From NCBI RefSeq assembly GCF_009914755.1, contig NC_060939.1: DNA of 64,000 bases, one strand, 5' to 3'. Position 1 is the first letter of the stretch. Every line of letters begins with the position of its first letter. The position numbers were made by a program, and so were the translations under genes. Below the pieces are notes generated by a model. That model saw only the letters and a program-made list of their open reading frames with translations. It ran no database searches and had not been told where the DNA came from. The stretch is from the human T2T-CHM13v2.0 reference genome, Homo sapiens. Shown one piece after another: positions 53,572-64,000 of the stretch.

Positions 53572-56500
53572 GCATTTGTTAAATAGAACTATGCTTAGTC
53601 CACTATTTGCCCATCTGACAGAGACTGTAGAAGTCAGAAAAGCTTCCCAGAGAAGAGAGTATCAGTAGAGCATTTGCAAGAATGGATTGAAGTTAGGCAA
53701 GATGCAGAACAGAGGTCCCATTTGATTAACTAATGTCTGCAAGGGCATGAGTTGAGATGGTGAGACACTCCTAGGAGACATCTATCATATCAGTGTGGCT
53801 GTGGCATGGAGTTTGGGAGTGGAGTGAGTAATGAGGAAGAAGAGGGGTCATGTCATAAACACACTTGCATCTCATGCTGTCAGGACTTAAGCTTTATCCT
53901 TTTCTTGGGGGTGGGGGAATTGTATTTCACAATCATAAATGGTAGGTACAATTATAGAACTCATTGAAGGTTTACTCAGCCCTCATTTTTTTTCTTTACC
54001 CACGTTGGTCACAGCATAACACTTCCCTCAAAACCACACTTGATGTGCTGGTACTTCAATTTTCCTTTTGCCAAGAGTTGACATTATGCTAACTTTACAT
54101 TTTACAAATCAACTCACCTACTAGGTAGGAGAGAATAACTTTCTGCGTTTTGTGGTACATGTTTCCACTTACTGCTTGCCCCGAGGATGAGGGATTCTGT
54201 ATGTGGCAGGAGTGAAAACAACAGTTTTTTTAAAAAATTAAGCATTAAATTACACTGGACGTGTTTAATTTTGTTTTCAGTAATGGGCTTTGATGCTTTG
54301 GTGAAGACTCATTGTGTTATACTTGAAATAGAAACATGTCATGTGAGTGAACCTGTGAGGCGGGGAGAACAATAAAATGGCAAAATGCACCCGGACTAGG
54401 TGGGGCTTATAGTGCTAGATATTTTAGGCTCAATTTTATTGTTCATGGCACTGTGCAAAAATAAATAGACATTTAAAAGAAGTAGGATATATGTTGGTAT
54501 GAAAGCAGAGGGAAATCAATTAGCAGCTGTAACTTAAAGCTGAGGAAATGGATAGGATTGACTTTAAAGATCTGAGGTACTAATTTGTCTCCTTAAATGC
54601 AAATTTCTAAGTTTATCCATGGCCGTCCAATATACAGATATCCCAATGAACCCAGATTATTTTATAATAGGGAATAAAGGAAATAGCAATCGTTACAGAG
54701 AGGTGAGCCCTTATTTTGGTGTTTCATAAATGCCTGAATCCAGATCATATATTGGGGCCATGATCCAAGAGATGTCAGATTGTGTATATTTTACAGTTTT
54801 TCAAAATAAGGAATTATCAATGTGGCTAATCCGGTCTGTGAGAGGTCAGGATGTAACATCAGATGAAGTTGAACATCGGTCATCAGGTAGAGTTGAAGAC
54901 ACATGAAACGTACATGAAAAAAAACATGAAAAAATAGGCAAGAAGCAAAGGAACAGCCATGGACGTAGAGTGAAGATGATTTGGTTTAATGGGTCACAAG
55001 AAAAGCTTCAAACCCTGTGAGGTCGCCAGAGGACTATTCATATGTGGCACTAACTGTATAGCACAAAGCTTGCATATAGCTAACCAAGCCACACAAGACT
55101 GTAACCTCTTGGGTCTTTCTAGATGAGAAGTCTTGTTTATATAGCAATTAGAAAATCCTTTATGACTTTTAGCACCAAGCTAAGGGAATTCTTTCAGGTT
55201 TAGTGACTAGAAATCATGGAAGAAATGTCCACTTCCCCACAAGGGTGTTGCACAAGGGACACATTCAACTATCACATAATTCTAAGTACTTTCGAATCTA
55301 GTGGTTTAAAACTAGAAATTAATGCTTTAAAAACATAGGCGTGTAAAGCATTCGTGAAGAGGATGTTGTAACGAAATATGACTATCTAGAACGACATTAA
55401 ACTGATTTCCACTCACCTTGGGAATTCATTAAAGAGAAAATCTTCATTCTGTGACTTCGCACTGTCTGGTTTATATCTGGGCTTATGTCCAACAAAACTA
55501 CTAAAAAGTAAGGCCTGTGAACCACTAGTAGATATTGGTGGGGTGACAGAAATTAATGGAATTGTGACATGCAACATGTTGAAAAAATAAAAAGCAATCT
55601 CAAAATTGGAAAAAAATAGAATAGAAACAACGGGTATGAATTAAACTGCCTGTGCTTTTAGTAGAAGATAATGAAAGAAAGTGGCACGTCCACCTTGGCT
55701 TACAGCTAGGACATTCCCAATTCAAGGCCTTTAAATCAACAGCTTCAAGGACCAAGCAAAGGCATCATTTTGAAAGAATTTTTAGGGCATTTATATACTA
55801 GCTGTCAACTGCCTTGGTGGCAGGGTGATAAATGCTTCTGAATTTGAGTTAAGCAGACTAAACTCTATGAAACTGTGCTTGCACAACTGATAAACTGTCT
55901 AATGGTCAATTCTCCAAAATTCCCACTGGGTAAGACAGAGAGGTGTGTCAGGGGAAAAGCTAGCATGGAGGTGGGAGATAGAGACACAAGTATGCAAAAG
56001 CCACCCCCCACCGTGTCTTCCCAGTGGTCCACGTGATGCCCACCCCTGAATGCACAATGGCACAGCTGCTCCCACCCACCACAGAGAATCCAGCTGCAGG
56101 TCTCTCCTCCTCTCTGCCTCAGAGCCGCTCAACATCCTTGGATTAATAATCATGGTCATTTTCAGGGCTTTGGTTTCCTTCCTTAGCAATAAACATGTAG
56201 ATGTTTTAATCTAAGATATGGTAAAGCTAAATGACACACTAGTGTTCAACTTCCTTAGAGAAGAACTTGGGGCACAGTCTAGAAGTCATGAGGGGCATAT
56301 TTCATAGGATGTCTATTTAGACCCTGTAGATCCGATATGTGGATAAAGCCTAGAGACAGAGAAGAAAGTGTTACCAAACTTTGCTTGACTTGATTCTAGA
56401 CAAATGCTTCCTAATAATAGTAATGATAAAATAACAATAATAATTATTATAACCATCCCTACTACCCCAACTATTACACATGCTGACAAGGAGGGCCATG

Positions 56501-59197
56501 TACCAAGCCCTTGGCTAAGTACTTCACATACCTTATCCCAAGTGGCCCAAGTCTAAGCTTGATCATCTCTTGAGATCCTTTCTACCTTAAGTCATTAAAT
56601 TGAATTCTCATTTTCCTAGGAAGCTTATGAGGAGACAAGCATCATTTTGTTACTTGACAGTACCTGGTTGCTTACCTGGACTTATGTCCAGCAGAGCTGC
56701 AAAATAGGCTAATCCATTGCCCGCAAGTTTCCATTTTGAAACCATTGCATCAAAGTCATATCTCCCTCCTTCCTTCGACTGCATCACCCCACTTCTATTT
56801 AGACTGCAGGGCCTTTGAGACCCCCTATTCTAACACACAGATAACCTTGATTAGAAGAGATTCATGTTTATAATTGAACAACATGAACTTTCTAGTTAAA
56901 TTGTCTTAAGATCATCTAATTGGAAAAGGAAAGAAAAGGGAACTAATTTATAGCCACTAATACTTAATGCTTTATATAGACTAAGAGAAATACTTTATCT
57001 CTATTTTTCATCCTCAGTTTACAAGGGAGAAATCTGAGGCTTTGAGAATTTAAGTCACATCTTGAAGGTCAAATAATGAGTAAGTGGCAAAGTCAGGATT
57101 TAAGCTTTTCCATTTCCTCTTTCTGCCTCAGAAATAACATTTAAAAGAGAATCCATAGCCTGCATCCAACTGTGGCAAGAAAAAAGTAAAGCATACTGCA
57201 AAAAAAAAAAAAAAAAAAAAAAGAAGAAACAAACACAGCAAAAGCCCTTTCCCTTTGGCATTTAAACATTGCTTGTGTGAAAACATGAGGATGAAAATTG
57301 TACACATGCTTACATGAGCAGAAATATTCCTGGGAGCCTTGAGATTTATTTCAGACATATTTCAAATAGATATATGGAAAGCAAGAAAGGAGCAGAGAAA
57401 AAAAAGGCATCTGATGAATAAATGAGTGGGAGAAATCATGAGGAAAAGAGATGCAGTGTAATCATGGCCCTGATTTCTTTCAGGATAAACGGGCTTGCTG
57501 GTGCTGTCTATACTATAGGGGATACATCATATGTACTGAGATTACTATTTCATCAAAGATGATATTGGATCTGATCTTTCAGTTTGGCCAGTTGGCTACA
57601 GAAACAACATTGGAATTTTCCAAACAAAATTTTAGCTCAAGGGAATATCTAAAGTACAGATTCCTTAGTCGACTTGACAGAGAGATTGGGCTAGCTTGCC
57701 TTTGGTGCCCAGCAACTAACTGCTTAGGGATAGTAACTCTTATCTGTCGCTCACTATCTCCCTCAACCCACATGATGCCTTCCTGTTGGAAACATTCCAT
57801 GAAATTAGACAAACTTATCTGAGTGACTTAGCCAGGAAGCCAGCTTAAGAAACCAAATCAGAAAAGCCGTTGTCATTTTGCTTCCTTTCTTCCTCATGAT
57901 TTGTGGGTAGGAGATGGGAACAGAAAGGAAATTGTCTCCAGTATCCATGATCCCTAGAGACATACATCTGTCAGATATGGGGCTTGCTATTTCAAAGGGA
58001 GTATCTATCTGCAGAGACCCTCAAAAGGATCAAGCTTGACCTCAACCTGTCAACCTGACAACTGTTTCAATAGGAAGCCCAGATACCTTCACAAAACAAG
58101 CCTAAATGAACTCCTTGACCTGCCATGAGTCATAGTTTTATTAGATCTCTGTAGTATCATTAGATCTCTATAGACTAAACACACAGAATCCCCTTCCCTC
58201 ATTCTCCCTTCCCACATGCTCTTTGGCAAAAGGCTGCCACTCCTGTGGTCTGGATCCTCAGGCTCTCTCCTCCTTCTACCGACTTTTCTCCTTCCTCACT
58301 CTGTTCACTAAGCCTTAAGATGGTTAACTGCCTCATTGCCTCAGACTTGGGGTCCCCTGGCCTCTTCCAATGGTTGGATGCTTTGGTTCATCTTCAGGTT
58401 TTTATTCTGGTATTGCATACACCGGGACTGTTGGGTCACCTCTACCTTCACGCTCTTCAAAATAACACAGCTCTGACTTCCTTCCACACCTACCATCTTG
58501 GCTCCAAGAACTCCGGAGACCTACTTGTGCCAAAAGAGTTTTTGGGACAACACTACTTTGTCTTTCTACATCATCCCTCAAATGAAAATAAAATGATTGG
58601 TTGAATTATTTATTTGAATGATTGTCACTTGACACATTTAGCTTTAAAATACAGTTACATTTAGAAAATACTTTGGTACATATGTTCACATCTGATACTA
58701 CAAAAACCCTGTGGTATTCATATCTCCATTTTCTCATTCAGATGAGAAAATGCTTTAAGTGATGCTGAAATGAATTTCACAAATTCCTATCGATCAACAG
58801 AAGCATATCTAGAACTCAAACACAGAGCAGATTCCAATGCAGTTGTGCAGCCCCACGCACACGTGGGAGCTCTGTCAGGACAGCTGTAGTAGTCAGATGG
58901 CTGGGACAGAAGAGCTTGTCGCATAAATCACAAGCAGTGCCTGTGAATTCTCATCAGGACCCCTTGCATTTTCCTCCTTAATAGATTTTATGAAGTCAAA
59001 TAGGCAACATTTCATTGTTTCAGGTGGAGAAAATTGAGACACAAGCTGATGAAACAATTTGAAAATAGAAGCCCTGAGTCCTGAATCTTAGACCAAGTTT
59101 TCCTCCTTCATAAATTAATGTATTGAATTCTGCCGCTAATGGTATTGCAAACCCGCTTACTATTATTGCAGAGAAAAATCTAAAAATATAGACAAGA

Positions 59198-59510
<313 letters not shown>

Positions 59511-60188
59511 CTATGCCAGTTACAAATCCATAATGATATGTTTAGCAATCCTGTTTTTTATTTATCCTTTCCTTCTCAGAAATTCAATAGCAGACTTAGT
59601 TATATATACACAGCCAATGTGAAGACACTTATTCTCAAACATGCAAATGTTATACACGTCATCTTGCTTCCCTCTACCTATTGTCAGCCTTCAGTCACAG
59701 TGTCTACCAGACAAGTCATTTCTAATTAGAGAGGAATCTGGCATCTGTCTTTGTGATTATACTCTTTAAGCTCCAATTTGCTGCCAAACCCCAGGTCTCC
59801 ACAGGTGGGAACTGAAGAAAAAAAGCATTTTTCACTGGTGGTTTCTTTTCAAAGGTAAAGTTTTCATCTCTGCAGGAGCAATTAATTTTTCCTGTTTAAA
59901 ATGACAGACAAAAGTCTTATCTTTTGCTTTTCACTTGAAGAGCTTGGGGAAGGCAGTGTGGGAGCAAAGGCATGTTGGTTTTTCCTATTTCCCTGCTGAG
60001 CCAGATGAGTTGATTTCTGAGCAAATTCTCGGTATTATATAAAGGGGTTAGTAATCTGGTTAGATACCATTGAATGCCATAAGATATTAATAATGAGAAT
60101 AAAAATTTTAAGAATCGACTTTTGTTCAGCGCTTTCAAAGATGTTTGAAAAATCTCCACTCCACAATGATAATGTCCAGTTTTCTTCC

Positions 60189-60530
60189 CTGATACAATCT
60201 GAAAGTTTTTGTCCCCATGAAAGACTTACATATTGAAATTCCAGGCCCCAAGTTGATGGTATGGAGAGGTAGAACCTTTGGGGAGTGGGGCCTTCATGAA
60301 TGAGATTAGTGCCCGTATAGCAGAGGCCCTAGAGCAATCCTTTGCCCATTCCACCATGTTAGGACACAGCTAGATGGTGCCATTTATGAATCAGGATATG
60401 AGCCCTCACCAAACACCACATCTTATCTTGGACTTTTCAGCCTCCAGAATTGTGAGAAGTAAATCTCTGTTGTTTAATAAGCACCCCAATTTATGGTATT
60501 TTGCTATTGCTATCTGAACAGACTAAGAAA
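60189..60530 (+). mobile_element. MLT1A-like solo LTR
   Basis: CATGAATGAGATTAGTGCCC..GCCTCCAGAATTGTGAGAA..GACTAAGA. Confidence 0.85.
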
Positions 60531-61088
60531 CTAAATATTACTACCTCTTTTGGTGGTAGTAATATTTTTTGCCTTCAGCATAATAGAAACTATAGAATGG
60601 AACTCAAGATACAATAGTCTTTATGATCTTAACAGTAGTAGTTATAATAGAAAGAACAGTGGACTTGGAGGCAAGACCTAGGTTCAAAACTTGGCTCTAT
60701 TACCTATTAAGCCTGTGAGTCATTTACTATATCTTTTCTCAGTTTTTAAATCTCTGTAATGGGGACAATACTTCCCATAACCACCTGACACATATGAGGT
60801 GAGGGTCAAGTCTGATTCAGCTATGGAAGTGCTTTGTTAATCATAAAACCTAATATAACTGCCTGCATTATTTCCTATAATATCATGAAAAAGGCTTCTA
60901 TGGAGAGCCAAAATTATGTCAATATTTTCCAATCCATTCCACAGGGCATGGTAACTGTCCCAAGAGTTGCTTAAATAAAAGAAAAAAATAAAAACTATCT
61001 AGACAGTCAGATTTTTAAGAAAAATTATGGTGCTATGCTTCTCAACTTCAATTACTTTATGTGCAAAATGTAGTAAAAGGACCTGCCC

Positions 61089-61111
61089 CAAGATTGTTGT
61101 GGGTGGGACAC
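61089..61111. repeat. (CA)n microsatellite
   Basis: Pure CA run. Confidence 0.9.
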
Positions 61112-61433
61112 ACACACACACACACACACACCCTGGGGCCAGTAACCTATGCATAGTAAATACTAAATTATGTTCGTTTCTCCCCATTACACTGTTGAGA
61201 GCCTCACCCACTCTGGCTCCCTTCTAGTTTGAGCAAAGGCCCTGGTTCTTATTGAAGGAGTACCAGAGTGGGTACCTGAGCCCCTGCCACAGCACCTGGG
61301 AAATAACAGCTGCTAGTTGAGCACCAGATGATCCAGAGTTAGGAAAATCCCTCTATGTGGAGTAAGGCACAGGAGGAAGAAGAAATGGGGACATTCTTTG
61401 TTCCCCTCACTGACCTGGGATTAACCTTTAGAA

Positions 61434-61629
61434 CAGAATTTCTCAAATACTTTTAAATGTAACCCCATATTATGAGTACTTTTTATGCAGTGGCCCAGTA
61501 TATATAAAGAGCACAACACATATGAACCAGACATATGCTACTTTCTATTCCTTTAATCCTATTACTTTTAAAAATAGGATTTTAGGACACACTAATTGGT
61601 AGCAGTCCAACAGTTCAAAAATGCCACTG
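61434..61629. mobile_element. Probable hAT-Charlie MER element
   Basis: CAG..TTTCTCAAA start and CAGTTCAAAAATGCCACTG end. Confidence 0.5.
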
Positions 61630-62457
61630 TAGAAGGTCTCCCGGCATGACCTCCAACCTCATAACTTTTCTGGGCACTCCCTAAGGTGTGCCCTTAGGGA
61701 CCTGACAAGTGACAAACTGACTATTAATTGTTTTGCAGTTCAGAAAACAAAGAGATCATAACCAGGACCATGGGTTTAGAGGAGCTAAAAAATACAGAAC
61801 AGAAAAAAATATAACTTGTTTTTCTTAGATGCTTTGTTCATGACCCCCAGAGAAAACGTGTCACAATTTCTCTTCCCTGTAAATGCTAAGAATCTTTTAA
61901 TAACAATAAAAGGGTGAAATCCATCTTAGGCCCCCCACACCCTGCTCAGGGCAGGCACTTCATCATGCTCTGCCACTGTCACCATAAATAAGATCTAGGT
62001 CTTACAAATGTGTCTGCTACCTGGGACAAGCCCAGAGCCAGATCACATCTTACTATCCAGAACGTGGTTGACAAATGTACCAGTTTCCCTTAGACACACA
62101 GCATATTCCTTGCTGCAGTGTAATTGGATTTTTTTTAAAAAACTTTTTACTAGAAGATTCCATAGAAGAGGAACAGATGAGTGAGCGGTTGGGATCAGCG
62201 TTGAGCCTCATAACTTTCTCTTCAGTGTCTGACTTGCATCTGTTCAAGTAGGTCTGTTTTATTAATGCTTACTGGCCTACAGCTATAGCCATAATATTAA
62301 AGATACAATGTTAGCACAGCACTGACACATAGATTGTTTTCCATAGGAAAGAAATTAATGTTTGCATAGGATATTGAACCCCTGGCTTTCCTCCAACTTT
62401 CTGGCCTCCATGTTCAAAGGCTGGATTAAAGATACAGATTACAAAGGGGCTCCTATT

Positions 62458-62562
62458 ACCATTGAGAATGGGGTAGAGATCAATGAAAGTTAACCATTAC
62501 GAATGGGGTAGAGATCTGTGAAAATTAACCATTAAGAATGGGATAGAGATCAATGAAAGCTA
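62458..62562. repeat. 3 x 35-bp minisatellite
   Basis: Unit ACCATT..GAATGGG.TAGAGATC..TGAAA..TA at 62458, 62493 and 62528. Confidence 0.92.
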
Positions 62563-63312
62563 GACTAGGGGTCTAAGGCTGAGATACCACCTCACCTCAA
62601 TGTGAGACCAGACTTCCTCTGCATTGATCAATCCTCAAGCATCAGGTAATCCATATGGACTAGCAGGTACTTGGTAAAGAAGGAAACAAAGTGATCCCTT
62701 GACTCATAAAACATCCAAACAGCTTTGTCAGGCAGGTGGCAGAATTTCATTTGTCATAAATGCTGGGGTCCTTTTGTCACTAAGAATAAGAGAATGTAGC
62801 CACCTCAAGTTTGATCGAGGCCAACATTTATGCTCAAAATATTGTAGGATGGAACATTTAAATTCAGTTTCTACATAGCTGCCATCCTGTATACCAAGGA
62901 CTCTGAAACCCCAGCCCAGGAGGCCCTTCTAAGCAGATGAGAACAATGAGAGTCTCAACCACAAGGGAAGGCGGGGGTTGAATGGGAAGGTCACAACCCA
63001 GTAACCTGGTCTGTGCTTCGGGGCAGGACTCCAGACAGATGAATAGAGAGGGCCTTAGAAACCAGAGGCCAGGTGGAGGGAAAGCTGCACCGATGGAGGG
63101 CATTCAGAATTGGGAGCCAGGGGACTGGAGGTGATACTGCTGCTGACTCCCCGAGATGTTCAGACTAGATGCTGCTGATAAAAGAAAACTGACTCCTCAG
63201 GAACTCCCTCTCCTGCGGGAACAAGTTCCTCTTGGGATTGGTTGCCATGAGTTCTGGGTCAGAGGGAGATTAGTCTGTGGCTGACCAGCCTGATTATGGT
63301 TTTCTTCTGGAG

Positions 63313-63532
63313 CTGGGCTTGGCAAAGTTATTCTGCAAAGAGTAGTAAGTATTTTTAGCTTTGTAGGCCATAGGCTCTGTCTTGCTATCATTCAACTCTG
63401 CCCTTGTAGCACAAAAGCAGCCACAGACAATACATGAACACTGGGTATGGCTGCATTCCAAAACAAGAAAATATATATTTACAAAAACAGGCAGTGGGCC
63501 AGATTTGCCTTGCAGAATGTAGTTGGCTGAGC
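63313..63532. mobile_element. MER58A-like element followed by a MIR (63545-63720)
   Basis: TCAACTCTGCCCTTGTAGCACAAAAGCAGCCACAGACAATAC..GGCAGTGGGCCAGATTTG. Confidence 0.88.
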
Positions 63533-64000
63533 ACGTGTACTTTGGGCTCCCTAAGTCCTGGTTTCCTCATTTCTAAAATGGAATAATGATACCTATCTCT
63601 AGGGTTGTTGAAAGGTTTGAATGAATGGATGCATGCTAATCCTGCAGCATTATGCGTGGCACAATAATAAAAATAACAATAGCAATACAATCCGTATTGT
63701 CATTATTATTATTTTCCCATTCCTGGGCTAGGAAAAAGCATTCAGAGATCAATTCTGTCCACTCATCTCACTCACTGCACTTAATGAGCTCTCTTCTCAG
63801 ATCCATATAAGATAGGGTATATGGGTCAATTATCAAATTCCAACCTTTCTCTGTTCAAATGCATAAAAGCCCCATAACCAATCCCTGCCCACTCTTCCTG
63901 TGCTCACTGAGATCTTGTCTAGCTCATTCTTCTGCAGGCATCCTGGCTGCCACTCAACAATGGACTTACTAAGAAAACCTGAGTCATAGTACCCCAACCT

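Noticed and set aside
54840-54890. C/D-box-like motifs on the minus strand (TGATGA...CTGA)
   Set aside because: Too short, imperfect C box and no terminal stem.
57200-57222. Poly-A run as a processed pseudogene tail
   Set aside because: No upstream coding similarity, nearby polyadenylation signal or TSD.
62458-62562. CRISPR-like array (35-bp repeats)
   Set aside because: No spacers, eukaryotic context and no cas genes.
62729-62742. CTCF-like motif CAGGCAGGTGGCAG
   Set aside because: An imperfect single match is expected by chance in 64 kb and cannot be supported without ChIP data.

Overview
Primate (almost certainly human) repeat-rich intergenic or intronic DNA. Alu, L1PA, THE1, MLT, MER, MIR and L2 elements are recognisable, and none of the six-frame ORFs supports a real protein-coding gene; they come from repeats, microsatellites or chance. 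The main structure is a decayed but apparently full-length ERV-L-class provirus at 8656-21907 (+), with LTR16-like LTRs and remnants of gag, protease, RT, RNaseH, integrase and dUTPase in order. It inserted into a MIR, whose two halves now flank it, and was later hit by at least 9 younger elements, including a complete THE1 provirus. The more unusual observations are local templated copy events: a ~105-bp copy of upstream flank inside an MLT1 LTR that may preserve a pre-expansion microsatellite, and a ~120-bp RT fragment copied into gag. There are also several fold-back hairpins and two exon-like segments. I found no convincing novel gene or biological system. Subfamily names are recalled from consensus sequences and need Dfam/RepeatMasker confirmation.
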